DNA from: an uncultured bacterium
GTDB lineage: Bacteria; Patescibacteriota; Patescibacteriia; UBA1558; GWA2-36-10
Assembly: GCA_903855135.1 (NCBI GenBank)
Contig: CAINYB010000022.1
Coordinates: 1 to 62,837, forward strand
Direction of reading: 5' to 3'
DNA: 62,837 nucleotides
Shown: positions 17,603-26,240 of the stretch, in pieces
Numbering within the stretch: position 1 is the first letter of the stretch
Layout of the letters: each line of letters starts with the position of its first letter
Notes under the pieces: model-generated
What the model was told of the DNA's origin: nothing
The model's input: only the letters and a program-made list of their open reading frames with translations
Database searches by the model: none
Position numbers and translations under genes: made by a program

Positions 17603-18961
17603 TTAATTTAAAAGAACGGTCTCGTTATTCTTCATTATTTCTGCCTTTATGTCAAGGACTTCAGCGATTTTCTTTTGGAAAGCAAGGAGGTTATCAGCAT
17701 CACTGTGGACGAGATAGATTTTGGCTTGATTGCTAATGTTTTTGATCCAAGCCAATAATTCATTTTGATCAGCATGAGCAGAAAAGCCGTCTATTTGATC
17801 CACTGAAGCTTTGAGTGGTATTTTTTTGCCATAATAATCAAAATCAAAAGCACCGTGAGTAATATGGTGTCCTAAAGTACCTGGTACTTGGAAGCCCATA
17901 AATAAAATATAGTTTCTTGGGTCAGAGGCATAGTGAGCTAGATGATGGATGAGTCTGCCGCCTTCAGCCATGCCAGAGCCAGCTAAAACTATTTTTGGTG
18001 GTGGCACACTATTTATTTTTTTTGATTCACGGCTATTAGTAGTGACTTTGAGATGCGGAAAATTAAACAAATCGTTGTCATATTTTAGTTTATCTAAAGC
18101 CGTTTGGTTTAATAAGTTTGAGTGTTGTTTGTAGATTTTGGTAGCAGCAGCTGCTAAGGGACTATCTAGATAGACTGGTACGCGAAAATCTAAATGATTT
18201 TCATAGTAGTCATTTAAAACACTCAAGACATCTTGCGTTCTTTCCATAGCAAAGACAGAAATCACTAAAGTGCCAGCTTTGGTGGTGATACTTTGCACAG
18301 CAGTCAATAATTTTTTTTCCCGATTTTTTTTGTCAGCATGGACACTATTTCCATAGGTACTTTCTAAAATCAAATAATCTGCTTGACCTAAAGTTTCGGC
18401 TGTTTTCATCAATGGCATATCTTGGCCACCTAAGTCTCCAGAAAAGACAATGTTTTTTCCACCAGTATTAAATTTTATAAAGGCCGCACCTAAAATATGG
18501 CCAGCATTATATAAAGTGAAATCAAGCTTGTTGTTTAGTTTAAAATTTTGGTGATAATTTATCGGTAGCAAAGCTTTGATAGTTTTTGCGACATCTTCTT
18601 GGCTATATAAAATTGGTAGATTATGTTCACGTGCTTTGTCAATCAAAATTTCTTGGTTATCGGCTAAAATTATTTCTGCTAATTGGCAAGTCGCTGGCGT
18701 GGCATAGATTTTTCCTTTGTAGCCTTTTTTTAAAAGCAAAGGTAAGCGTCCGCAGTGATCCAAATGAGCGTGACTTAAAATTACAGCTTTGATTTTTTTG
18801 ACATCAAAAGGAAAATCTTCCCAGTTTTTGAGATAAGTTTCCATGCCGCTTTGGAATAAACCGCAGTCCACTAATACTTGATAACCATCGATTTCTAAAA
18901 GATGACAAGAGCCCGTCACTTCACCGGCCGCTCCAAAACTTGTTAATTTTATTTCTGGCAT
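17603..18961 (-). CDS. MBL-fold beta-CASP family hydrolase (RNase J/CPSF-like)
   Basis: 452 aa; HAHLDHCGRLP metallo-beta-lactamase motif, C-terminal GFSAHAD motif. Confidence 0.8.
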   Translation of the reverse strand: MPEIKLTSFGAAGEVTGSCHLLEIDGYQVLVDCGLFQSGMETYLKNWEDFPFDVKKIKAVILSHAHLDHCGRLPLLLKKGYKGKIYATPATCQLAEIILADNQEILIDKAREHNLPILYSQEDVAKTIKALLPINYHQNFKLNNKLDFTLYNAGHILGAAFIKFNTGGKNIVFSGDLGGQDMPLMKTAETLGQADYLILESTYGNSVHADKKNREKKLLTAVQSITTKAGTLVISVFAMERTQDVLSVLNDYYENHLDFRVPVYLDSPLAAAATKIYKQHSNLLNQTALDKLKYDNDLFNFPHLKVTTNSRESKKINSVPPPKIVLAGSGMAEGGRLIHHLAHYASDPRNYILFMGFQVPGTLGHHITHGAFDFDYYGKKIPLKASVDQIDGFSAHADQNELLAWIKNISNQAKIYLVHSDADNLLAFQKKIAEVLDIKAEIMKNNETVLLN

Positions 18962-19100
18962 TTTGTTTTGTTTACTCCGGCGTATGCCGGATATTTTTTA
19001 ATTTAGTTTGTTTTCCCGGTCCCCGCGTACGCGGGGAAGGCGGGAAATGCAAGATGTATTTATTATATCTTAAATTAGATTTTAAATAAATAAGAAAAAC

Positions 19101-19146
19101 CAGCCCCGGTGTCATCCTCGCGTATGCGGGGACCGGGGCTGGCTGA
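19101..19146 (-). terminator. GC hairpin terminator carrying a conserved 22-nt loop insert
   Basis: CAGCCCCGGT...ACCGGGGCTG stem; loop GTCATCCTCGCGTATGCGGGGA is identical to 57470-57491. Confidence 0.6.
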
Positions 19147-19156
19147 AAAAAACTTT

Positions 19157-19810
19157 TTATATTTTTCCGACTAAATCTAAACCTGGTTTCAAAGTGTCTT
19201 TGCCTGGTTCCCAGTTTGCTGGGCAAACTTGGTCACCATATTTATGGACAAATTGGGTGGCTTGAAGTTTACGCAAAAGTTCTTTACTAGAACGACCAAT
19301 TCCATTGTAGTGAACTTCGATAGTTTTTAAATTACCCTCTGGATCGATGATAAATGTGCCGCGTAAAGCCAAGCCTTCTTCTTCAATCATTACGCCATAA
19401 GAGCGAGTGATTTTACCAGTTGGATCAGCTAGCATAGGGAATTTTATTTTTTTGATCGTGTCTGATTCTTCGTGCCAAGCTTTATGGACAAAGACAGTGT
19501 CAGTGCTGACAGATAAAACTTCCGCATTAAGATTTTTTATTTCTTCATAATGATCAGCTAAGTCGCCAAGCTCGGTGGGACACACAAAGGTAAAGTCAGC
19601 TGGGTAGAAAAATAAAATCACCCACTTGCCTTTGTAGTCAGCAAGCTTAATTTTTTTTATTTGTTCTTCGTGATAAATTTCAGCGCTAAATTTTGGTGCT
19701 GGTTTACCAATTTTAGGGTTGCAAGCACCACAACAACAATTATTTTGCTCTTCATTTTCGTTGCAGCCACAAGAGCCACCACAACATTCATCCATATATT
19801 CTTTATTCAT
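19157..19810 (-). CDS. typical 2-Cys peroxiredoxin with Cys-rich N-terminal extension
   Basis: 217 aa; FYPADFTFVCPTE and VCPANW motifs; first about 30 residues contain 9 Cys (DECCGGSCGC..NNCCCGAC). Confidence 0.85.
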   Translation of the reverse strand: MNKEYMDECCGGSCGCNENEEQNNCCCGACNPKIGKPAPKFSAEIYHEEQIKKIKLADYKGKWVILFFYPADFTFVCPTELGDLADHYEEIKNLNAEVLSVSTDTVFVHKAWHEESDTIKKIKFPMLADPTGKITRSYGVMIEEEGLALRGTFIIDPEGNLKTIEVHYNGIGRSSKELLRKLQATQFVHKYGDQVCPANWEPGKDTLKPGLDLVGKI

Positions 19811-19887
19811 ATTTTTTTATTTAAATTATTAATTATATCTTTTAAGTATCCCCGCTACGCGGGGATAGCTTTGGGGATGTTTTAATG

Positions 19888-20502
19888 TTATTTGTTTTTT
19901 AAATAAATTTCTTCGACATAGGCCCAGTTGATAATCGGCCAGAAGTTTGCGATGTATTCGACACGGCGATTTTGGTATTTTAAGTAATAAGCATGTTCCC
20001 AAACATCGATGCCTAAAATAGGAATTTGTTTTAAAGAAAGGGGGCTATCTTGATTGGCAGTTTTGGTGATTTTTAATTCGCCTTGATCTAAAACTAGCCA
20101 GGCCCAGCCAGAGCCAAAGACAGTGGTGGCAGCAGCATTGAATTCTTCTTGAAATTTTTCCCAAGAAGCAAAAGTTTTTTCTATTGTTTCTAATAACCCA
20201 CCAGTAGCTTTATTATTTTCTTGAGGTGCTCTCAACATTTGCCAAAATAAATTGTGATGTAAATGTCCGCCGCCATGATTTTTGACAGCTAGACGAATAT
20301 CTTCGGGGATAGTGTTTAAGTTTTGTAAAAGTTCTTCGATTGATTTAGCAAATAGCTCTGGATGCTTTTCTACTGCTTCATTGAGTTTAGCACAATAAAT
20401 GACATGATGTTTGTCGTGATGGATTTCCATAGTGAGCTTATCGATGTATGGCTCTAAAGCATCGTAAGTATATGTTAAATCAACAACTTTATATTTTTCC
20501 AT
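19888..20502 (-). CDS. sodA: Fe/Mn superoxide dismutase
   Basis: 204 aa; [22 protein letters not shown] motifs. Confidence 0.9.
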   Translation of the reverse strand: MEKYKVVDLTYTYDALEPYIDKLTMEIHHDKHHVIYCAKLNEAVEKHPELFAKSIEELLQNLNTIPEDIRLAVKNHGGGHLHHNLFWQMLRAPQENNKATGGLLETIEKTFASWEKFQEEFNAAATTVFGSGWAWLVLDQGELKITKTANQDSPLSLKQIPILGIDVWEHAYYLKYQNRRVEYIANFWPIINWAYVEEIYLKNK

Positions 20503-20533
20503 ATATTTGTTTGTTTAATATTTAACTAGCTTT

Positions 20534-20676
20534 AGCTGACACGAGATTTCTCCACTCCTTTTCGCTTCGCTTCAAGTCGGTCGAAATGACGAGGCTTTGG
20601 TTTAAGATTATTTCGACCGAAGACGAGCAAAGCTCGTCGTAGTGGAGAAATCTTTAGAAGAAGGCTCGTGTCAGCT
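20534..20676. repeat. 143-bp multi-branch palindrome between sodA and ferredoxin
   Basis: Nested inverted repeats AGCTGACACGAG/CTCGTGTCAGCT, ATTTCTCCACT/AGTGGAGAAAT, TCGGTCGAAAT/ATTTCGACCGA, GACGAGC/GCTCGTC. Confidence 0.6.
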
Positions 20677-20691
20677 ATCGTTAATCAACTA

Positions 20692-20904
20692 TTATTTTGG
20701 CCAAAGCTGAGTACCATCATCATCGGTTAAGATAATAGCATTGACCGGACAACTTTGAGCGGCGCGTAAAATTGCTTCTTTATCATCTCCAGTGGGATTT
20801 TTAATCACCGCAATACCCTCATCATCAAGCTCAAAGGTATTTGGAGCAGCCTGTAAGCAAGCAGCTACGCTAATACATAATTCTCTGTCTACTTCAATTT
20901 TCAT
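20692..20904 (-). CDS. small single-cluster ferredoxin
   Basis: 70 aa; C..AAC...P and SCPVNAI cluster-binding motifs. Confidence 0.75.
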   Translation of the reverse strand: MKIEVDRELCISVAACLQAAPNTFELDDEGIAVIKNPTGDDKEAILRAAQSCPVNAIILTDDDGTQLWPK

Positions 20905-20960
20905 AAATATAATAAGTTTTACTTGTTAATTCCCTAGCGTTAGCGGGGATTAAAATTAGT

Positions 20961-21254
20961 TTAGTGAACTTTATCTTCCATTCTTTTTAAGGCTAGTTTG
21001 TAGCCACCAGCGCCTTTTTTGAAATCATGTGAGATTTTGGCTATGGTCGCTGATGATAAGCCGGTTTCAGCCTCTATTTTACAATAGGGAACTTTGGCTT
21101 TTAGCATTTTGGCTACTTGATAGCGATAGGCTATTTCTTTGATTTCATGAGCACTTAATAGATCATGACAAAAGCGAGATAGCTCTTGACTGTTTTTTAA
21201 GCTCAAGATAGCTTGAAAAAATTCTTTAATGGCTTCGTTTTTTTCGGTGGACAT
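20961..21254 (-). CDS. YerC/YecD (TrpR-like) DNA-binding protein
   Basis: 97 aa; LL...E......R..V...L......Y..I...TG.S.ATI..IS pattern of the family. Confidence 0.7.
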   Translation of the reverse strand: MSTEKNEAIKEFFQAILSLKNSQELSRFCHDLLSAHEIKEIAYRYQVAKMLKAKVPYCKIEAETGLSSATIAKISHDFKKGAGGYKLALKRMEDKVH

Positions 21255-21408
21255 ATATCACTTTAGTTTGCTAAAGTATAATTTTAATTAGCTTTTTTGT
21301 CAATTTTGTCTTTTTCTGCTAAAATAAAATAAATTATTTCTTCCACCGATGGCGGTGGATTATACTAATTTGTATTAAACATCCAGCGTTTGCTGGGCAA
21401 GAAATTTT

Positions 21409-21750
21409 ATGAACATAGAAAAAATGCAAATAAATAGAGAAATAAATCAAGCCAGTGATTTTAGGCCTTTGAATACCATCAAACAAATAAAAGAAGTCTT
21501 AGAAGATGGTGTTGTTTTATCTGAAAAAGAAGCCATTAAGTTATTTGCTGGTAGCGATGGCGACAAGCTTTTTCTTGTCCAGCATATTAATCAATTCAAA
21601 GGTTTAGATCAAAATAGCATTGTTTTAAAAATGTTGCATGAGGGCAGAGGACAGTGGGTTTGGGATAATTTTGATAAATTTGATAATTTAGATGAGGATG
21701 TCAAAGAATTGGTTTATAAAAAATTTAACGAACAAGATAGGGCCGCTTAA
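21409..21750 (+). CDS. hypothetical protein
   Basis: 113-aa ORF, no family recognised. Confidence 0.45.
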   Translation: MNIEKMQINREINQASDFRPLNTIKQIKEVLEDGVVLSEKEAIKLFAGSDGDKLFLVQHINQFKGLDQNSIVLKMLHEGRGQWVWDNFDKFDNLDEDVKELVYKKFNEQDRAA

Positions 21751-21882
21751 AAAGCTTAATAAAATTGATTATTTTGGTAATACTTTAGTTAACTAAAGTA
21801 TTATTTTTTTAGTTTTTTTGTAGTTTTTAGAGAATTTTTTTATATTATTCTCTAATATTAGCCAAAATAAATCAAATTAGCG

Positions 21883-21911
21883 TTGACTTTTGCCTAAATT
21901 TTTGCTATAGT
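21883..21911 (+). promoter_or_regulatory. sigma70-like promoter TTGACT-17-TATAGT
   Basis: Read directly, upstream of the small-peptide cluster. Confidence 0.5.
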
Positions 21912-21995
21912 TAATACATAAAATAAAGTTGGCAAGATTATCGATATTTTTTTATCGTGATTTTCCCAGCTTTATTTTTTATTAAGTAGAAACAT

Positions 21996-22196
21996 ATGGA
22001 AAATAAAATTCAATCATTTCGTTTAAGTGCCAGCGTTGATCCTTGGTCATTGCCTTTAAGCAATACACAGGCTAATTCTTTTAAATTAATCAAATCACAA
22101 AAAGGCTTTTTATTAAATAGTGATTATTGGTTGATTTTGAGCTTTGTCTCGGCTGGTAGTTTTTTACTCTTTTGGGTGATGAGTAAAAACATTTAA
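21996..22196 (+). CDS. tail-anchored small peptide, family member 1
   Basis: 66 aa; ..SFRL..SDYWLILSFVSAGSFLLFWVM C-terminal TM helix. Confidence 0.45.
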   Translation: MENKIQSFRLSASVDPWSLPLSNTQANSFKLIKSQKGFLLNSDYWLILSFVSAGSFLLFWVMSKNI

Positions 22197-22265
22197 TTTA
22201 TCCACGAACTTTTCCCCAGCATGCGCCGGGGTCAAGATTAAATATTAATTATTAAGAAAACAATT

Positions 22266-22391
22266 ATGTCGAAAGTAGCATCTTTCAAAATGTGCTCATC
22301 TAAAGGAGAAACAAAATTGATGAGCGGAGACTATTGGGCAATCGTCGTTTTGTGTTCGACTTTGTCTTTCATTGTCTTAACGATGATGTAG
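22266..22391 (+). CDS. tail-anchored small peptide, family member 2 (41 aa)
   Basis: Hand-translated MSKVASFKMCSSKGETKLMSGDYWAIVVLCSTLSFIVLTMM; shares the SF.. and DYW+TM pattern. Confidence 0.35.
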   Translation: MSKVASFKMCSSKGETKLMSGDYWAIVVLCSTLSFIVLTMM

Positions 22392-22430
22392 TCTATAAAT
22401 TTGTTAATTAATTAAAATAAAAACAAAAAT

Positions 22431-22610
22431 ATGGAAAATGCAGAAAATGCGAGTTTAAATGTTTGCCCAAAATGTGGCACTGAAACTTGCCAATGTGTAA
22501 AATCTTTTCACTTAGTGAAAAGACGGGATCATCCCCAATTTGAAACGCATGAAAGCTGGCTATTATTAGCACTTTTCTTACTAGAAACAATGGTTTTTAC
22601 GGCGACGTGA
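22431..22610 (+). CDS. tail-anchored small peptide, family member 3 (59 aa) with CPKC..C.C motif
   Basis: Hand-translated MENAENASLNVCPKCGTETCQCVKSFHLVKRRDHPQFETHESWLLLALFLLETMVFTAT. Confidence 0.4.
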   Translation: MENAENASLNVCPKCGTETCQCVKSFHLVKRRDHPQFETHESWLLLALFLLETMVFTAT

Positions 22611-22633
22611 ATAGTTTAAATAATAAAAATATA

Positions 22634-22729
22634 TGAAATTAAATAATAATAATTTGTATCTTCTTCCCACTTTAATCCTTTTATTGGTTAATTGGGCTAA
22701 CTATACATTATTTGTATAACAATTATTAG
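22634..22729 (+). CDS. possible fourth small hydrophobic peptide (31 aa)
   Basis: Hand-translated MKLNNNNLYLLPTLILYWLIGLTIHYLYNNY; YWLI motif as in members 1-2. Confidence 0.25.
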
Positions 22730-22878
22730 GTATATAATCCGGGACTGTACTTTAAAAACTTAATAGCGCGTGATATTTCTCTACAATTGAATATAGAAAA
22801 ATCTTTTCTTTTTTAAAAAATCCCTTAGCAGACAACTGTTTGTTTAAGGGGTTTTTTATTTTGTGCTATAATTACTTT

Positions 22879-23679
22879 ATGAAAGATGGTTTCACTATTG
22901 TTAACTTAATCATTAGCATAGCAATTTTTGCTGTTTTAAGCGTTATTGTTTTAGTTTCGGTTAACCCAGCCGAAAGGCTTCAAAGAGCTAAAGATACGCG
23001 CAGACAGCAAGATGTAGTGATGATAGCCAAGGCCTTAAAAGATTATAGCCTAGATCATCAAGGGGAGCTACCATTTACTGGTGATATTAGTAATCGCAAA
23101 AGAGTCTTATGTAGTGATGCTACTCGTTTGACCTGTGGGGCTGATGCCGATGCTTGCTTAGAGATTACTAATACCGATTTTTTAAATTCTTATTTGCCAA
23201 CTTTGCCGATTGATCCAGAAAAAACTAATGCGGCTGATTCTGGCTATTATATCCAAGGTGATGTCAGTACTGGTCAGCTGACCATTGGCGCTTGTGACTA
23301 TGAACAAGCAGCGGTGACGCAAGCAGCGAGAATAAAAGCTACGGTCTTAAATTGTGGCACTCAAGGTATCGCTTATAATGGCTCGTGCTGGTACCTTGCT
23401 GGCGTAGCCGGCAGCTTTAATTGTTCATATGTTTGTGGTGCTGGTTTTGGCTTAACTTGTGATAATACTGTGTTGCCAACTGCAAATGCTTGTGAGCTCA
23501 ATCGTTTTTTTGGCACGCATACTTGCACTAGCTGTACAGATACTACTACTTATGGAGACTATGCTTATTCTCCTGGTGTTTTAGCTAGTAATTCAACTAC
23601 CTGCGTAGAAGATAGGGACTCTAATATTTGTGGCGGTACAACATCAGCTTCTTATAAATTGATTTGCCCTTGTTATTAA
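22879..23679 (+). CDS. type IV pilin-like protein with Cys-rich C-terminal domain
   Basis: Start moved to ATG 22879: MKDG|FTIVNLIISIAIFAVLS prepilin-like leader and hydrophobic helix (Asn instead of Glu at +5); 14+ Cys in the C-terminal half. Confidence 0.6.
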   Translation: MKDGFTIVNLIISIAIFAVLSVIVLVSVNPAERLQRAKDTRRQQDVVMIAKALKDYSLDHQGELPFTGDISNRKRVLCSDATRLTCGADADACLEITNTDFLNSYLPTLPIDPEKTNAADSGYYIQGDVSTGQLTIGACDYEQAAVTQAARIKATVLNCGTQGIAYNGSCWYLAGVAGSFNCSYVCGAGFGLTCDNTVLPTANACELNRFFGTHTCTSCTDTTTYGDYAYSPGVLASNSTTCVEDRDSNICGGTTSASYKLICPCY

Positions 23680-23816
23680 ATAAAATTTTTAAAATACTCC
23701 CCCTGACGGGGGAGTATTTTGTGTAAATAAGGGAAGAATGCTAATCGTTAAAAACGGTATTTTTTATTTTAGAGCATCTGTGTTATAATTTAGTAGAAAT
23801 AATTTATTTTTACCCC

Positions 23817-26231
23817 ATGAAAATTGCTAATTTTAACTATTCTTTAGGCAAAATATTTTTGCTTTTATTGATTCTTAGTCAGGCGGCTATTTTTGTCAGT
23901 CTTAAAGCAGCAGCGCCAAATAAAAATGAAGTTTTGCCGGCTAATTTTTTCTTAAGTCAAACAGATTTTAAACCAGGGGATAAAGCAGTTTGGCTAGTTG
24001 GTTTAGATAAAAATAGTAGTTGGCAAGTGGTGAATTTTTTACTCGAAAATAAAGAACAAAATATTAGTTTATATTTTCAGACTTTTAAAAATGACGAAGG
24101 TTTATATCAAGCGGATAGTTTTTGGGATACGAGTGACTATCCAGGAGGAAATTACGCCTTAAGTGTTGTTGCTCAAAACTTTGATGAGCAAGGAAAGATT
24201 ATTACTCAAGAGCAATCAGATTTACAAACATTATATTTAGCTAATCCAGTGAATTTGGCGATTAGCACCAATGATGATAGCGCAGATAAAAACAGTACTT
24301 CTACTCCAGATGATAGCAATGCCACTAGTACGCCAGTTGCGGTTGAGGAGTTTTTATTACCGCCTGCTAGTGCAGAAGTAAGTGGTCAAAATATTGGTTT
24401 TTCTCTTAAATTAAATCAAGTGATAGCTAGTGAGCAGATAGTTGGGGGAGCGATTTTTGCTTTAGATGGAAAATTAGCCACTACTTTGACCTTGACTAAA
24501 GAAAATAACAGCAGCGCGATTTATAACGGTGTCTTAGCTGATTCTAGCTTGTATGCTAACGGAGATTATTATTTAGTGATTTGGCTCAACAATGATCAGA
24601 ACTATATTTCTGAACCTTTAGTTTTTAAAATCAATAATATTGCCGAAGAAGAAGTGACTACTGATCCAAATAATTATCAAATCACTTTAGTTAGTCCGCA
24701 AAACAATAGTCAGATTACAGAGCAAGAGTTTTTGGTGAGCTTAACTACAAATTTTGCTGCTAATTCTTTAGGTTTTTTACTATTCAAAGAAGATGATCCG
24801 TCTATAGGTAGTGAATTTACTATTGAAAAAAATGATGGTTTTACTTGGAATAAATTAGTAGACTTGGACAATAGTTTTGCGACAGGAAAATATGTTTTGT
24901 CGAGTATTAGCGTAGATGTAAATGGAGTGATTTACGAGCAGGTTTTTAATTTAAATATTGATTTAGGTGAAACATTTATTAATGCAACTAGCTCAAATCC
25001 TTTGTTGCCAGCTTTACCAGGCGATGAAAATAGTAGCTCAACCAATGCTACTTCAACTGATGAGGAATTTGCTACTTCAACAGTAGAAGTTATTTTAAAT
25101 CCCTATCTAGATGATTTGTGTTTAGCCGAAAACATCAGCGAGGCTAAAGCTTGTGAAGAATATTTGAGTCGCGTTTATGTCGAGAAAGAGTGTGAGCAAG
25201 CAAATATTTTTAATCTCAATGATTGTAAAAATTATACGGCGGAAAAATATTTACCAAAAATTCAGTGTTTATTAAGTGATCAAAATCAATGTCAAACCTT
25301 ATTACAAACAGATTATCTAAATCGTTTAGCCGTCAAAGAACAAGCCAGAACAAAAACAGCTGATATTTTGCAAAATAATTTACAAAAAAATATTTCGGTT
25401 AAAGATTTGCAAGCTAGCTTGGTGAGTGGTGGTTTAAATAATTTTTTACCTTTAAGTGAAGAGGCGACGAAGTCAGTATTTTTAGCAGCTGCTGAAAGTA
25501 AGACTGTGCTCAATACTAGCGGTGAGTTAGCTTTTTCTACTAATGCAGTTTTAGTTTTTGATGCTGACGCTGACGCTTTGAGTGATGATTTAGAGCTTTA
25601 TTATGGCACTGATTTAAACAATCCTGACTCTGATAGCGATGGCTATTTAGACGGTCAAGAAGTGGCCAATAATTATAGTCCTTTAGGCGCCGGAGCTTTA
25701 AATAAAGAAAGTAATGATTTGGCAAAAATTTTGAGCCAAAAATTAGCTTTAGCTCAACCAAAAGTCAATGCTAGTAGTACGGTTGAATTAAGTGTTGATC
25801 AATTTTCTAAAGTTGAAAATAGTTTGATTTTGACAGGTAAGGCACCGGCCAATACTTGGCTTAATTTATATTTTTATAGTCAGGTGCCATTATTAGTTAG
25901 CACCAAAAGTAATGATCAAGGAAATTGGTCTTATCAACTAGAGCAAGCTTTAGCGGCTGGTGATCATCAAGTTTATTTAGCGATCAATGACAGTGAGGGA
26001 AAAATCATAAAACAATCAGCACCTCTGGCTTTAAAAATTGATCAAAATCAAGTAGTGGAACCAACGGTAAATAATGTTAATGATGCTCAAAACATAGTTA
26101 CTAATAATACAAATAAGAATAATTTTTGGCTAACTTATCGCTGGTATATTTTAGCTTTAGGTATTTTAATCATGTTTTTGTTATCAGCTTACTTATTTTT
26201 CAAATTTCGTAAAGAGAAAAATACACTGTAG
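23817..26231 (+). CDS. large surface protein, signal peptide, Asp-rich calcium-binding-type repeat, C-terminal TM anchor
   Basis: 804 aa; DADADALSDDLELYYGTDLNNPDSDSDGYLDGQE (thrombospondin type 3-like), C-terminal ILALGILIMFLLSAYLFF. Confidence 0.6.
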   Translation: MKIANFNYSLGKIFLLLLILSQAAIFVSLKAAAPNKNEVLPANFFLSQTDFKPGDKAVWLVGLDKNSSWQVVNFLLENKEQNISLYFQTFKNDEGLYQADSFWDTSDYPGGNYALSVVAQNFDEQGKIITQEQSDLQTLYLANPVNLAISTNDDSADKNSTSTPDDSNATSTPVAVEEFLLPPASAEVSGQNIGFSLKLNQVIASEQIVGGAIFALDGKLATTLTLTKENNSSAIYNGVLADSSLYANGDYYLVIWLNNDQNYISEPLVFKINNIAEEEVTTDPNNYQITLVSPQNNSQITEQEFLVSLTTNFAANSLGFLLFKEDDPSIGSEFTIEKNDGFTWNKLVDLDNSFATGKYVLSSISVDVNGVIYEQVFNLNIDLGETFINATSSNPLLPALPGDENSSSTNATSTDEEFATSTVEVILNPYLDDLCLAENISEAKACEEYLSRVYVEKECEQANIFNLNDCKNYTAEKYLPKIQCLLSDQNQCQTLLQTDYLNRLAVKEQARTKTADILQNNLQKNISVKDLQASLVSGGLNNFLPLSEEATKSVFLAAAESKTVLNTSGELAFSTNAVLVFDADADALSDDLELYYGTDLNNPDSDSDGYLDGQEVANNYSPLGAGALNKESNDLAKILSQKLALAQPKVNASSTVELSVDQFSKVENSLILTGKAPANTWLNLYFYSQVPLLVSTKSNDQGNWSYQLEQALAAGDHQVYLAINDSEGKIIKQSAPLALKIDQNQVVEPTVNNVNDAQNIVTNNTNKNNFWLTYRWYILALGILIMFLLSAYLFFKFRKEKNTL

Positions 26232-26240
26232 AATTTTTTA

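Noticed and set aside
18972-19226. 84-aa minus-strand ORF
   Set aside because: It is built from intergenic GC hairpins plus the 3' end of the peroxiredoxin gene, with no SD and an implausible composition.
21050-21056. Other CUGAUGA hits (21050, 25057 and 56793 on plus; 12188-12194 on minus) as additional hammerheads
   Set aside because: None is followed by a stem II hairpin plus GAAA and a complementary stem III. All lie inside coding regions.
22408-22590. 60-aa minus-strand ORF
   Set aside because: It is antisense to the 59-aa plus-strand ORF 22431-22610, which shares the family pattern of its neighbours and their orientation.
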